This document shows positions 46,231 to 56,479 of a stretch of 64,000 bases of DNA, in pieces. Numbering within the stretch: position 1 is the first letter of the stretch; every line of letters begins with the position of its first letter. The stretch covers positions 3,655 to 67,654 of the forward strand of contig JBOEFZ010000014.1 of the NCBI GenBank assembly GCA_050633165.1. The letters run 5' to 3'. The notes under the pieces are model-generated. The model was not told where the DNA came from, did no database searches, and saw only the letters and a program-made list of their open reading frames with translations. The position numbers and the translations under genes were made by a program. The DNA is from Alphaproteobacteria bacterium (GTDB lineage: Bacteria; Pseudomonadota; Alphaproteobacteria; Micavibrionales; Micavibrionaceae).

Positions 46231-46440
46231 ATGGCAGCAAAGAGTAAAAAGCGCCTCAAAGTGAGACTGGAAAGCGAAGCTGGTACTGGGTATCGTTATT
46301 ACGCTATTCGTAACACTTCCGCGGAATACAAAATTCGTAAGAAGAAATATGATCCTTGGGCAACCAATGAGCAAACAGGAAAGCGCGGGGCGCATGTCTG
46401 GTTCGTAGAGAAGAAGATGCCACCGTCCAAGAAAAACTAA
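46231..46440 (+). CDS. rpmG: 50S ribosomal protein L33, atypically long
   Basis: L33-like sequence is present: K.RLKVRLESEAGTGYRY...RN......KKKYDP....HVWFVEKK. An apparent ~10 aa insertion and a C-terminal extension are also present. A terminator follows. Confidence 0.7.
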   Translation: MAAKSKKRLKVRLESEAGTGYRYYAIRNTSAEYKIRKKKYDPWATNEQTGKRGAHVWFVEKKMPPSKKN

Positions 46441-46468
46441 TTATTGTTTTTCTATCGCAATGCTTATC

Positions 46469-46503
46469 AAAAGCGCCCGTCGAAAGATTGGCGCTTTTAT
46501 TTT
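46469..46503 (+). terminator. Rho-independent terminator after rpmG
   Basis: The stem is aaaagcgcc / ggcgctttt with a 12 nt loop, followed by attttg. Confidence 0.6.
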
Positions 46504-46570
46504 GCCTCGCGCAGCTGCGCTGCTCCGGCGGGGCGTGCGAAAGCACGGGGCGCAGTCGCGCCCGTTGGGT
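46502..46570. repeat. REP-like repeat, copy 2 (see 22458-22529)
   Basis: The 5' ~33 nt and the 3' gcagtcgcg.cc.ttgggt flank are shared with copy 1. The central stem is cgtgc-gaaa-gcacg. Confidence 0.7.
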
Positions 46571-46596
46571 TATAGGATAGAAATTGTTTATAAAAA

Positions 46597-46696
46597 CGTC
46601 ATTGCGAGGAGCGGCAGCGACGCGGCAATCCAGCTCCTGCACTACCGGGTACAACAGGTGATGGATTGCTTCAGCACTGCGTGCTTCGCAATGACG
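46597..46696. repeat. cgtcattgcgag-type MITE-like palindrome
   Basis: The termini are cgtcattgcgag...cttcgcaatgacg. The internal gcgacgcggcaatcca / tggattgc pair is shared with 3450-3543 and 62998-63099. Confidence 0.7.
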
Positions 46697-46712
46697 GGAT
46701 AGAGTTAAAATT

Positions 46713-48521
46713 ATGTTTAAAGAGAATAAAGACACGAAATACGTTCATAATTACACGCCGGATTTAAGGATTCCGCGCGGGCTGTTTTCTTATGCGCGGA
46801 TGGTGGTGGCACGGAACCCGCGTATGTGGGCATTTATGTTGCTGACCGATATTTTGCACGGCATTCGGTATCCAATTGCGTTTTTCCTGATGGGGCAGAT
46901 TGTGAATATCCTGACGACTCTGCCTGCGGGGAGTAATGTTCCGCGTGATGCGTGGGTTTATACGGGTTTGATTTGTGCGGTGCTTTTGATTGGGGAGTTG
47001 GCGCATGCCATTCCGCATTATTGGACGTTTAATTGGTGGAAACGCGCGCGGGCGGAGCTGCGCTCGGATCTTTTTGCCTATACGCTCAAACATTCCTATA
47101 CCTATTTTCAAAATCGTTTTGCGGGGTCTTTGGCACGTAAGGTTACCGAAGGGATTGAAAAGGCGCTTGTGCTGCAAGAGCAAGTACGCTGGCAGATTAT
47201 GCTACCGCTTGTGAATATGGTGACGTCGGGCATTGTCTTGATGACGATTTCTGCGCTATTTGGTTCTTTAGCATGCGGATTTGTTGCGATTATTTTGATT
47301 CCTGTATTTTTGAAATTGCAGAAATTACAGGTTAAATCACGTGAGTTTGCGGATCGGTGTTCCGATGTAACGGGACAGGTTGTTGATAGTTTGACCAATA
47401 TTGCATCCGTTAAATCCTATGCCCAAGAAGCACGGGAAATGGAGGAGCATACCCGCGTATCCGAAGCTCAGATGAAGGCATGGCACAAATTGCTGCGGGT
47501 TTTCTTACTGATGGATAATTATCGGCGGGCTACCTTTGTCATGTTTGGAACGGGGATGATGGCGCTGTGCCTGCTAAAGTGGCAGAGCGGCGTGATTACG
47601 TTGGGCGATATTGCGACGATTATGGGGATTGCGTTTAATTTCACCTCGGTTGCATGGCATTTGAGCAGTGGGCTTATTCATACGACGGAATCGCTTGGCT
47701 ATCTCAATGACTCGCTTAGCACGCTTATTCATCCGCATGAGGTTGAGGATGCGGACGGGGCGGCGGCGCTTGATTTACGGCGTGGGGAGATTGTGTTTAA
47801 TGGGGTTTCGTTTGAATACCCGAATAAGCCGGTGTTTGATGGTTTAACGCTTAACATTCCCGCCGGACAACGGGTGGGTTTGATTGGGCCTTCGGGGTCG
47901 GGGAAATCGACCTTTGTGAATTTGATCCAGCGGTTTTTTGATGTTGATGCGGGGCGCATCGAGATTGACGGGCAGGATATTTGCGAGGTTACGCAAGAAA
48001 GCTTGCGCCGGAATATTGCCGTGATTCCGCAGGATACGGCGCTGTTTCATCGCACGTTGATGGAGAATATTCGCTATGGGCGGCTTGATGCGAGTGATGA
48101 GGAAGTGATTGAGGCGGCGCGGCGGGCGCATGCGTTGGAGTTTATTGAGGAATTGCCTGAAGGGTTTGAGACGATGGTCGGAGAGCGCGGCGTGAAGCTA
48201 TCGGGTGGGCAGCGGCAGCGGATTGCGATTGCACGGGCGATTTTGAAGGATGCGCCGATTTTGATTTTGGATGAGGCCACATCAGCACTGGATAGCGAGT
48301 CTGAGAAGCTTTTGCAGGCTTCGTTGGAGGAGCTGATGCAGGGTAAAACTGTGATTGCGGTGGCGCATCGGCTATCCACCATTAGCCACCTTGATCGCTT
48401 GCTCGTCATGCAAAACGGTACGGTGGTTGAGGATGGTAGCCATGATGAATTGCTGGCGGCGGACGGACTTTATGAGCGGCTTTGGGGTATGCAATCGGGT
48501 GGGTTTTTGAAGTTGGATTAA
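46713..48521 (+). CDS. ABC exporter, fused permease/ATPase (MsbA-like half-transporter)
   Basis: A 6-TM N-terminal domain is followed by Walker A (GPSGSGKST), the signature LSGGQRQRIAIARA and Walker B (ILILDEATSALD). Confidence 0.9.
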   Translation: MFKENKDTKYVHNYTPDLRIPRGLFSYARMVVARNPRMWAFMLLTDILHGIRYPIAFFLMGQIVNILTTLPAGSNVPRDAWVYTGLICAVLLIGELAHAIPHYWTFNWWKRARAELRSDLFAYTLKHSYTYFQNRFAGSLARKVTEGIEKALVLQEQVRWQIMLPLVNMVTSGIVLMTISALFGSLACGFVAIILIPVFLKLQKLQVKSREFADRCSDVTGQVVDSLTNIASVKSYAQEAREMEEHTRVSEAQMKAWHKLLRVFLLMDNYRRATFVMFGTGMMALCLLKWQSGVITLGDIATIMGIAFNFTSVAWHLSSGLIHTTESLGYLNDSLSTLIHPHEVEDADGAAALDLRRGEIVFNGVSFEYPNKPVFDGLTLNIPAGQRVGLIGPSGSGKSTFVNLIQRFFDVDAGRIEIDGQDICEVTQESLRRNIAVIPQDTALFHRTLMENIRYGRLDASDEEVIEAARRAHALEFIEELPEGFETMVGERGVKLSGGQRQRIAIARAILKDAPILILDEATSALDSESEKLLQASLEELMQGKTVIAVAHRLSTISHLDRLLVMQNGTVVEDGSHDELLAADGLYERLWGMQSGGFLKLD

Positions 48522-48546
48522 ACCTCAGAAGGCATAGAGTTTTTTA

Positions 48547-48645
48547 TTTTACGCGAAGTAACGAAAATATTTGCTTTGTGTGTTTTTTAAATTCAAAAAT
48601 TTCGCAGCTTCGTTTCTTCGCGTTTTTATTTTTGCCTACGGCGCT
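48547..48645. repeat. word-repeat hairpin (acgcgaag/taacgaaa ... atttcgca/gcttcgtt/tcttcgcg) ending in a TGCCTACGGCGCT box
   Basis: It lies between the convergent ABC and pleD genes. The box is at 48633-48645, with one mismatch to the consensus. Confidence 0.7.
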
Positions 48646-48665
48646 TTACAAAGGGAAAAGGAAGG

Positions 48666-50093
48666 TTAATCCTCAATCGGGCGTTCGCGGACGGTGATTT
48701 GGTCGGGGTTTAGTTTTCCGGTTCCTTCGAAGACACAGCAATCGCGGCCTTGCTCTTTGGCTTCGTAGAGGGCTTTGTCCGCGCGCTCTAGCACTTCCTC
48801 AACCGTATGAGCCTGATAATCAATGATGGCGCCGCCCAAAGATGTGGAGATATCGAGGCAGCCACTATCAGTGGCGCAGGCGAAGGGTTCTTTCGCGATA
48901 GCGCGGCGGAGGCGTTCGGCAACCATAAAGGAGCGATCATTGGACACATCGGGCAGGATGACGGCGAATTCCTCACCGCCCAAACGTGCGACGAGATCGA
49001 CACTGCGCAGGCCGTTTTGCAGGCGTTTGGCGAAGGTTTTGAGCACTTCGTCCCCTACGCCATGCCCCCATGTGTCATTGACCGATTTAAAGTGATCGAT
49101 ATCGAGCATGAGCACAGCGAGGGATTTCATTTCTTCGCGATTTTTATGCAGGAGCTTGTCGAGGTGGACCTCCAAATAACGGCGGTTATAGAGGCCGGTT
49201 AGTGTATCGGTGAGCGCCATAGAGAGGCTGATGTCATAAGAAGCGCGCAAGCGTTCCTGGAACCGTTTGCGGCGGATTTGGGTGCGGACGCGGGCGAGGA
49301 GCTCATTCTTTTCGATCGGGCGCATGATGTAGTCGTGCGCGCCGATCTCAAGCCCATGGGCGATCCGGTCCATATCCTCCGCCCCACCGATCATGATAAT
49401 CGGGGTGTTGCGGGTTTTTTCGTTGGAGCGCAGGTGTGAGCAGAGCCTTAGGCCGTCTTCGTTATCCAGATTAAGCGAGACGATGATGAGGTCGAAATCT
49501 TTTTCGCCTATATGCTGCATTCCCTCAACGCCGCCAGTGACGCTGGTGATGGCATCGTGATCGATGTTTAGGGTTTCGGTGATTTTGCGTTGTTCGAAAT
49601 CTTTATCCTCGATCAGGAGGATATTGGCGTTTTCGGCCGATTCCGTCATGACGCTGGAGGTATTTTCGACGACGCCGAGTTGGTTGGCGGTGTTTTCGCG
49701 CACGCGCCATTCATCGGTTGCCATTTTGAGACGTACAGCGGAGCGTACGCGCGCCATGAGCGCGGTGTCATTAATGGGTTTGGAGAGGAAGTCATCCGCG
49801 CCGACCTCAAGCCCGCGTACTTTATCCGCCGGATCGGTCAGGGCGGTGACCATGACAACGGGGATATGCGCGGTTTCGGGGTTTTCTTTAATGCGGGTGC
49901 AGACCTCGAACCCATCCATGCCGGGCATCATAATGTCGAGCAAGATAAGGTCGGGCTTTTCGGCTTCGATTTTCTCCAATGCCTCTTCCCCGCCGGATGC
50001 GGTGATGACCTCATAATACTCCGCCATTAATTTGGCTTCGAGCAGTTTTACGTTCGGCAAAATATCGTCAACGACTAAAACACGTGCAGACAT
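48666..50093 (-). CDS. pleD: response regulator diguanylate cyclase PleD (REC-REC-GGDEF)
   Basis: Two receiver domains are followed by GGDEF with GGEEF and an RSVD I-site 5 residues upstream. It lies 9 nt downstream of divK. Confidence 0.9.
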   Translation of the reverse strand: MSARVLVVDDILPNVKLLEAKLMAEYYEVITASGGEEALEKIEAEKPDLILLDIMMPGMDGFEVCTRIKENPETAHIPVVMVTALTDPADKVRGLEVGADDFLSKPINDTALMARVRSAVRLKMATDEWRVRENTANQLGVVENTSSVMTESAENANILLIEDKDFEQRKITETLNIDHDAITSVTGGVEGMQHIGEKDFDLIIVSLNLDNEDGLRLCSHLRSNEKTRNTPIIMIGGAEDMDRIAHGLEIGAHDYIMRPIEKNELLARVRTQIRRKRFQERLRASYDISLSMALTDTLTGLYNRRYLEVHLDKLLHKNREEMKSLAVLMLDIDHFKSVNDTWGHGVGDEVLKTFAKRLQNGLRSVDLVARLGGEEFAVILPDVSNDRSFMVAERLRRAIAKEPFACATDSGCLDISTSLGGAIIDYQAHTVEEVLERADKALYEAKEQGRDCCVFEGTGKLNPDQITVRERPIED

Positions 50094-50102
50094 GGCGTTC
50101 CC

Positions 50103-50480
50103 CTACCCTTTATCTTCGCCAAGATGGCGGTTAATGGTTTCCATGAAAGAGCCGACGGATATCGGTTTGGAGATATAATCTTCGCACCCGCCCTCACGGA
50201 TTTTTTGCTCATCGCCCTTCATCGCGAACGCAGTCACGGCGATAACGGGGATGGGCTTTAGCTCCTCATCAGCCTTTAATTGCTTGGTCAAATCAAGGCC
50301 GGAAATTTCGGGCAATTGGATATCCATGAGGATTAAGTCGGGTTTATGCTCCCGCGCGAGGGAGAGGACATTTGTGCCGTCAAAGGCCTTGATCGTGTCG
50401 ATGCCGTGCGCCTCCAACAAATCATGAAACAGCTTCATGTTTAATTCGTTATCTTCGACGATTAGAACAGTTTTTGACAT
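50103..50480 (-). CDS. divK: single-domain response regulator DivK
   Basis: The 125 aa sequence ([17 protein letters not shown]......[15 protein letters not shown]...[11 protein letters not shown]) is typical of DivK and sits upstream of pleD. Confidence 0.88.
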   Translation of the reverse strand: MSKTVLIVEDNELNMKLFHDLLEAHGIDTIKAFDGTNVLSLAREHKPDLILMDIQLPEISGLDLTKQLKADEELKPIPVIAVTAFAMKGDEQKIREGGCEDYISKPISVGSFMETINRHLGEDKG

Positions 50481-50552
50481 AGGATAAGATACTTCGAAAA
50501 GCGTTAATGAACCGCTAACAGTGTAGCGATTTTATGGGGAGGATTAAAGATG

Positions 50553-51338
50553 TTATTTATGCGTGCCGCAGGCGTTTGCCATTGGCTCTAATGCGGATAA
50601 TTCCTGCCATACGCTGAAGGCGCCGTAATTGATGTCCATGTCGCTGATGATGCTGTTTTCATGCAAAGTCAGCTTGATTTCGTAATCGGGGGTTTGCTCG
50701 GTGCTTGATAGCGGGAAGAAAGCGAGATGGACGCGGTGGGCGGGGCTGTTTAATAAATCTTGCGCGGCGTCGAATTTTTCCGCGTTTGGAATGGGCGCGC
50801 CGATGATGGCATTGACCAGCACCGGCCCTTCATCGTCGCTGCCGTCGAACAAAATGGCGGAGGCGAATTTTTGTTTGTCTTTAATGGCTTGCAGGACGAA
50901 TTTGCTATGCGCCATCGGGAATAATGTGTTGTCGGGCAAGGGGTAGCTTAGCCCCCCGGGGGCGGAGAATAGGGCTTGGCCGTTTGCGGCTTGGCCGCGC
51001 ACTTCTTCGAATAGCTCGCCGTTTTGTTTGCGGCGAGAGATAAAATCCAGCGTTTTACCATCGAAGCTCTCAAACGTTGAGAAATCGCTGGTGATGCGCA
51101 TCGCCGGCTCATCCGCGTATTCATAGAGCAGGTTAAAGCGGTGTTTGGAGGTCCATGCGTCACAATCCTCGTGCCATTCATAATACATTTTTCCGGAGAT
51201 ATTGGCGATTTGCGAACCGTTGGAGACGGATTTGAGGGAGATGTCGTAGAGCGCCTTATGCGGAGTGAATGTCGATTGAGCGGCGATGGCGGCTTGTGGC
51301 AGGAATAATACCAATAGAATCAATGTATTTTTGAACAT
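50553..51338 (-). CDS. DUF1849 / EipB-like periplasmic cell-envelope protein
   Basis: A signal peptide is present and the length is ~260 aa. One Cys lies near residue 59 and one near the C-terminus, as in the EipB disulfide. The family call is from memory of alphaproteobacterial context. Confidence 0.55.
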   Translation of the reverse strand: MFKNTLILLVLFLPQAAIAAQSTFTPHKALYDISLKSVSNGSQIANISGKMYYEWHEDCDAWTSKHRFNLLYEYADEPAMRITSDFSTFESFDGKTLDFISRRKQNGELFEEVRGQAANGQALFSAPGGLSYPLPDNTLFPMAHSKFVLQAIKDKQKFASAILFDGSDDEGPVLVNAIIGAPIPNAEKFDAAQDLLNSPAHRVHLAFFPLSSTEQTPDYEIKLTLHENSIISDMDINYGAFSVWQELSALEPMANACGTHK

Positions 51339-51528
51339 AGCTCACTATAACACTGCACTTATAATAATAAAGCGGCAAAAGATGCCTTAGTTGCCATAAA
51401 TATTTTTCCCAATAGCAAAATATAGCATTAGCCAACACCTGCAAACCATTGAAATTATTAATTTTAAAATTGGCATGCTATTCGCAACGTTACTTCCCGT
51501 AAACATTATTTACGGGGACTTTTGAGAT

Positions 51529-52095
51529 ATGGCTACACAAGCAACACAACATGAATATGATACCGCGCAGGATTTTATGCCCGCAATCAGCGGCACACCG
51601 AGCACTACATTACAAAATGCGCGGGCGCGGATTGCGAAGCTCGAGGCTTTGCGCGTGCATGATGAGAAGACCGGCCTTTTGAATGGCAAGGGCATGGTGC
51701 AGGCATTAACGCGTGAGGCGGCACGAATGAAGCGTGAAACTGCCGCATCTCATATTTTTGTCCATGTGCAAATTGATAATTTAGAGAGCATTCGCGCGCA
51801 ATTTGGCGCGTTGGCGGCGGAGATGGCGGTGCGGATTATGGCGCGGACATTATCTGGACAGGCGCGGGAATGTGATTTTTTAAGCCATAGCGCGGCGGAT
51901 GAGTTTTCGCTTTTGCTGGTTAATGCGGATCAGGATCGGGTTATTCCGCGAATTCAGACGCTTAATTTAGGCTTGAACAAGCTGAGCTTTCGTTGGAATG
52001 GGCAGGGTGTGCCGCTTCTTGCGAGCCTTGGGATTGAAACATGCGCGAAGGCGCAGGATTTAAACGAGATTTGCGAGGCTTATTTGGCCGCATAA
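51529..52095 (+). CDS. degenerate GGDEF-domain protein (SAADEF in place of GGDEF)
   Basis: HDEKTGLLNGKG and VHVQIDNLESI are GGDEF-like. The active-site turn reads SHSAADEFSLLL. The product is only 188 aa. Confidence 0.6.
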   Translation: MATQATQHEYDTAQDFMPAISGTPSTTLQNARARIAKLEALRVHDEKTGLLNGKGMVQALTREAARMKRETAASHIFVHVQIDNLESIRAQFGALAAEMAVRIMARTLSGQARECDFLSHSAADEFSLLLVNADQDRVIPRIQTLNLGLNKLSFRWNGQGVPLLASLGIETCAKAQDLNEICEAYLAA

Positions 52096-52161
52096 CATTA
52101 TAATAAGCCCCCCTCAGTCTGCCGACCCTAACCCCTACCCCTCCAATGGCAGACACCCCCA

Positions 52162-52208
52162 AAGCCCCGAGAGCAGCGATCTATACGCGCTTTCGGGGCT
52201 TCTTTTTT
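52162..52208 (+). terminator. probable Rho-independent terminator
   Basis: The stem is aagccccga / tcggggctt with a 22 nt loop, followed by tctttttt. It lies 67 nt after the 51529-52095 stop. Confidence 0.5.
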
Positions 52209-52277
52209 AGGGCGGATTTTGACAAGAGAAGCGGCTTTTTGATAGAGTCGCTTATCGCAAATCACAACGGAGTTTTT

Positions 52278-52925
52278 ATGCCATTTGATGCGGCGGTTGC
52301 CGAAAATGACACGACCACAAAACGCGAAAAAGACGTTGGTGAAATGGCATGGGGTGAGATTTTACGAAGCCCGCATATTCCCAATAATTTCAAAGATTTG
52401 ATTATGCTGCAGCTCGACGCGGCGGGGCAATTGCCGGGGCTTATTAAACGGGCGCGGTTCGGCTTATCGCTTGATGAAGAAATCGAGCAGAAGCGTGAAG
52501 AGCGGGAAAAAGCACTCGGGCAGCTTTTGTTTTTTCAGCAGCAGCGCGCGGATTTCGTGGCCTTGTTACAGCAGCAAAAATATATGGTTGGTAAGGAGCT
52601 GGACAATGTTAATGGCCTTATCAATAAATTACGCGGGAAAAAGGGGCAGGACGGGTTAATTGAGGATCTAACAGATTACCGCAATGATTTGCGCACGCAT
52701 GAAAAAAGCCTTAGCAAAATGGCGCGTGAAGCGGCGGTTGTTGGCACGATTAAAGGGCTTGGCACGTTGATGCGGACATTCGGACGGGTGAGCGAAACTA
52801 TTTACAACAGACGCGCGGAGATTTTGGGTGCGATGGCCGTGGCAGGGCGTGTTGTTGGTGGCGTCGCGCAGCTTGCGGGGCAAGGCTTGGGGCAAATCGG
52901 TCGCCTTGCCTTTTCATTTGTGTAA
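52278..52925 (+). CDS. hypothetical coiled-coil protein with a Gly-rich hydrophobic C-terminus
   Basis: The ATG at 52278 has GGAG 6 nt upstream. The longer track ORF would read through the terminator. The C-terminus reads AEILGAMAVAGRVVGGVAQLAGQGLGQIG. Confidence 0.5.
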   Translation: MPFDAAVAENDTTTKREKDVGEMAWGEILRSPHIPNNFKDLIMLQLDAAGQLPGLIKRARFGLSLDEEIEQKREEREKALGQLLFFQQQRADFVALLQQQKYMVGKELDNVNGLINKLRGKKGQDGLIEDLTDYRNDLRTHEKSLSKMAREAAVVGTIKGLGTLMRTFGRVSETIYNRRAEILGAMAVAGRVVGGVAQLAGQGLGQIGRLAFSFV

Positions 52926-52946
52926 ATTCATGTTTACTATTCCTTT

Positions 52947-53642
52947 ATGGCTATTGATTCAGAACAGGTTTTAAAATCATTCGGGCAAACGTCGGAGACG
53001 CAGTTTTCGCTGCTTTATGCGTTGCAGCTTTTTATTGCGTGCGAGGAGGATAAGAGCCATGCGGCCTATGATATTGCGGGCGAGGATGCGTTTAGGCTGT
53101 GTGCCGCGCCGGGGCGCCTTGGTAAAAACTTGGTGCATATTCGGGATTTTATTTTGTGGCAGCGGAATATTTTGAAGCTCGATGATGGGGAGATTCTGGA
53201 GACGGAATTGCCGCGCGGGTTAAAACATAAATATCCGGTGAAGGCTTCACGATTGGCGGAAGAACCCTCGCGCGAGGTGCGCGAAAGCGGGATTAAAACT
53301 TTGCTGGATGAAATTGATGCCTATATGGCGAAATTTAACGAGGTGCGGGCGATTTTGGAGGCCACCGAGGATCGGTTTTTAACCGTTGAGGAAACGCTGA
53401 GCCGTGCGGAGAGCCTTGATGAAGGGGTTGCGGGCGCGATGAAGGATCAAAAGGCGGAGTTGGAGCGGATGCGGATTGCGCTGACCGATTTGCGGGGGGA
53501 TTTGGAAGATCCCACCCTGCCGGATTTAATCAAATTCGCCGATACGCCGAAGGCCGCATGGGGTTTGATGAAGCATTTAAGCGCAGTGAATTTACAAGCG
53601 CGCGAGGCGATACGGCGGTATCAGTTGGCGGAGACTAGCTAA
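52947..53642 (+). CDS. hypothetical helical protein
   Basis: 231 aa ORF starting 21 nt after the previous stop. I recognise no motif. Confidence 0.5.
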   Translation: MAIDSEQVLKSFGQTSETQFSLLYALQLFIACEEDKSHAAYDIAGEDAFRLCAAPGRLGKNLVHIRDFILWQRNILKLDDGEILETELPRGLKHKYPVKASRLAEEPSREVRESGIKTLLDEIDAYMAKFNEVRAILEATEDRFLTVEETLSRAESLDEGVAGAMKDQKAELERMRIALTDLRGDLEDPTLPDLIKFADTPKAAWGLMKHLSAVNLQAREAIRRYQLAETS

Positions 53643-53757
53643 CCGCACACCCTGCAAAACAGTATAAGTCATTGATAATTAACTACAAAACCCTCACCTT
53701 TTGACTCTTTCCACCTCATTCCTGTATCATGTTTTTATTCACTAAACGTGGTAATTT

Positions 53758-54642
53758 ATGGCATTAGCAGCAGAAGAACGATTAGAAGACGAGCATCAGG
53801 CAAAATCAATGTCCGATATTATTGCGGGCAGCCTTCCCAAATCATTATTAAATCGTATGCGTCTTGAGCTTCAGCGCTCTGGGTTAGGGGCAGGATTGCT
53901 TCGCGTGCAGGATTTCAAGCTTACAGAAGCAGAAGAAGCAGAAATGCTTCGTAGACAAATGGATATTGATGCAGCGATTGAGGCAGCAAAGTTTGTTTCT
54001 GTACGTGATCACGTTACGGAATTTGCAAACACCTTCGGAAAGAATATTTCAAAACTCGGCGCGCAGATCAGGCAGGATATTGATGGCTTGTTGGATGCGG
54101 GACTACAGAGAAATGATGCTATCATTCAAAAATTAGAGATCTATGAAGCCGAAATGCGTGGCTACAATCGTAACATTTCAGAAGCTCAAAACGCGATCAA
54201 TCAAGCAAGAAGTGTGGATGTCATTAAGAACATTTGGGATCATTTGAGCAATCAGGAACGGAATTTTACAAGAACCGTAAGTAACTACGGTCAGCATCGG
54301 GCACAATATGCACCTACATCCGGCTGGTCTTACAGAAGCCATTCAAACAATAACACCAGCACTGCTTTTGCATCAGCTGGGTTTGGATTGGATGCTTATA
54401 CGCCGGATCGTGATGACAATCGCCGCGCTGATTATGGGTATGGGCTTGATTTGGGCTTTGGCGACGAGGGTGGTAGCACGAAAAAGCCAACCGCCGAAGA
54501 GAAAAAGAAGCTCAAAGAGGCCATGAAAAAGCTTATGGCGGAGATGGGTACAACGGCGAATGGTAATGGAACACCCTCAGCGAAACATACCACCAAAACC
54601 ACAGCACCAACGGCCAAGCCGCCTGCGCCAAGCGTTGGGTAA
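53758..54642 (+). CDS. hypothetical coiled-coil protein with a disordered Gly/Asp/Lys/Thr-rich C-terminus
   Basis: 294 aa ORF. One line counts ~47% GC. I recognise no motif. Confidence 0.5.
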   Translation: MALAAEERLEDEHQAKSMSDIIAGSLPKSLLNRMRLELQRSGLGAGLLRVQDFKLTEAEEAEMLRRQMDIDAAIEAAKFVSVRDHVTEFANTFGKNISKLGAQIRQDIDGLLDAGLQRNDAIIQKLEIYEAEMRGYNRNISEAQNAINQARSVDVIKNIWDHLSNQERNFTRTVSNYGQHRAQYAPTSGWSYRSHSNNNTSTAFASAGFGLDAYTPDRDDNRRADYGYGLDLGFGDEGGSTKKPTAEEKKKLKEAMKKLMAEMGTTANGNGTPSAKHTTKTTAPTAKPPAPSVG

Positions 54643-54656
54643 TCCATAACAATAGT

Positions 54657-56474
54657 TTAAGCCGCTTCATCCGCTGCTACGGATTTTTTCGGCAAGTTCA
54701 ATTTCAAATGTAATGCCTTTAATTGCTCGTGATCGACGCTGCTTGGGGCTTGCATCATGGCGTCTTCGTATTGGCCGTTCATGACGAAGGCGTAGACTTC
54801 ACGTAGGTTTGGTTCATCGGCAAGGAGCATGACGATGCGGTCGATACCAAAAGCAAGGCCGCCATGGGGGGGAGCGCCGTAGCGCATGGCGTTTAGCATG
54901 CCGCCGAATTCTTTTTCGAGGACGTCTTTGTCGTATCCGGCGATACCGAATGCTTTTTCCATGATTTCGGGTTTGTGGTTACGGATTGCGCCGGAGGCGA
55001 GTTCGAAGCCGTTACACACGCAATCATATTGGTTGGCGTAGATATCGAGGGGGTCTTTTTCCTCGAGGTCTTTCATGCCGCCTTGGGGCATTGAGAACGG
55101 GTTGTGGGAGAAGTCGATTTTTTGTGCGGCTTCGTCAAATTCATACATGGGGAAATCGACGATCCATGCGAGTTTGTAGACATTTTGCTCGCGCGCGGCT
55201 TCGTGCCCTTCGGGGAGCGCGTCACAGATTGCATCGCGGGCCGCGCCGGCGAATTTTGCGGCGGGAGCTTCGGCGTTGCAGATGAAGAAGATGGCGTCGC
55301 CGTCTTCGCATCCCGCAGTTTCGCGGATTTTGGCTTGCGCGGCTTCGGGGATGAATTTGGCGATCGGGCCTTTGCCTGCACCGTCTTCGAAGAGGACATA
55401 GCCGAGGCCCGGTGCGCCTTCGCCTTGCGCCCATGAATTGAGCTTGTCGAAGAAGCTGCGTGGTTGGTCGGCGACGGATGGGGCGCGGATGGCGCGGACG
55501 ACTTTGCCTTCGCCCTTGAAGGCTTTGAACTCGACATCATCGCTGGCGAAGATTTCGGTTACGTCTACGATCTCGAGCGGGTTGCGGAGGTCTGGTTTAT
55601 CCGAGCCGTATTTTAGCATGGCGGTTTTATAGGGGATGTTTTCGCACCAGATTACGTCGCGTTTTTCGCCCGTAAAGTCGGCGAATTTTTTGAAGGTTTC
55701 CTCGATGACGGGTTGGATGGTGTCGTGCACGTCTTGTTGGGTGACGAAGGACATCTCAACATCAAGTTGGTAGAATTCGGCCAAACGGTCGGCGCGGCCG
55801 TCTTCGTCACGGAAACATGGGGCGATTTGGAAATATTTGTCAAAGCCGCTCATCATCAGCATTTGTTTGAATTGCTGTGGGGCTTGGGGGAGGGCGTAGA
55901 ATTTGCCGGGGTGGAGGCGTGAGGGGACGAGGTAATCGCGCGCGCCTTCGGGGCTGGATGCCGTTAAGATCGGGGTTTGGAATTCTTGGAAATCTTTTGC
56001 CCACATTTGGGTGCGGAAATTGGCAATGACATCATTACGCAGGCGGATTTTGCGTTGCATGTTTTCGCGGCGAAGATCGAGATAGCGGTATTTGAGGCGG
56101 ATATCCTCGCCTGCGCCGTCATCCTCATAGACTTGGAACGGGATGATGTCGGCGGCGCCTTGGAGCTCAAAGCTTTCGATGCGGATTTCGATCTCGCCCG
56201 TGGGCATTTTGGCGTTGATGGTGTTGTCGGTCCGGGCGGCAACTGTGCCATCAATGGTCAGGACGCTTTCGACCCGGATTTTCTCGAGATCCGCCATGAG
56301 GGGGCTGCCCTCCTCCACCACGCATTGCGTGATGCCGTATGTATCGCGCAGGATGATGAATAATACGCCGCCAAGGTCATAGATGCGATGCACCCAACCG
56401 GAAAGGCGAACCGTTTCGCCTTCGTTAGATTTGCGGAGTTGTGAGCAGGTGTGTGTTCTGTATGCGTGTGTCAT
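54657..56474 (-). CDS. aspS: aspartate--tRNA ligase
   Basis: The N-terminus [10 protein letters not shown]...[12 protein letters not shown] is present. So are class II motifs (FRDED.RADR, the GLAFGIDR region) and the bacterial insertion domain. The ATG at 56474 is preferred; the track start at 56507 is a GTG inside a repeat. Confidence 0.97.
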   Translation of the reverse strand: MTHAYRTHTCSQLRKSNEGETVRLSGWVHRIYDLGGVLFIILRDTYGITQCVVEEGSPLMADLEKIRVESVLTIDGTVAARTDNTINAKMPTGEIEIRIESFELQGAADIIPFQVYEDDGAGEDIRLKYRYLDLRRENMQRKIRLRNDVIANFRTQMWAKDFQEFQTPILTASSPEGARDYLVPSRLHPGKFYALPQAPQQFKQMLMMSGFDKYFQIAPCFRDEDGRADRLAEFYQLDVEMSFVTQQDVHDTIQPVIEETFKKFADFTGEKRDVIWCENIPYKTAMLKYGSDKPDLRNPLEIVDVTEIFASDDVEFKAFKGEGKVVRAIRAPSVADQPRSFFDKLNSWAQGEGAPGLGYVLFEDGAGKGPIAKFIPEAAQAKIRETAGCEDGDAIFFICNAEAPAAKFAGAARDAICDALPEGHEAAREQNVYKLAWIVDFPMYEFDEAAQKIDFSHNPFSMPQGGMKDLEEKDPLDIYANQYDCVCNGFELASGAIRNHKPEIMEKAFGIAGYDKDVLEKEFGGMLNAMRYGAPPHGGLAFGIDRIVMLLADEPNLREVYAFVMNGQYEDAMMQAPSSVDHEQLKALHLKLNLPKKSVAADEAA

Positions 56475-56479
56475 GTAAG

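Noticed and set aside
51529-52095. The 188 aa GGDEF-like protein as an active diguanylate cyclase.
   Set aside because: The signature turn reads SAADEF instead of GG(D/E)EF and the domain is short. It is more likely a degenerate or receptor-type domain.
52146-52277. N-terminal 44-codon extension of the 52146-52925 track ORF.
   Set aside because: The extension would be translated through a terminator-like hairpin and T-run (52162-52208) and has no Shine-Dalgarno. The internal ATG at 52278 has GGAG 6 nt upstream.
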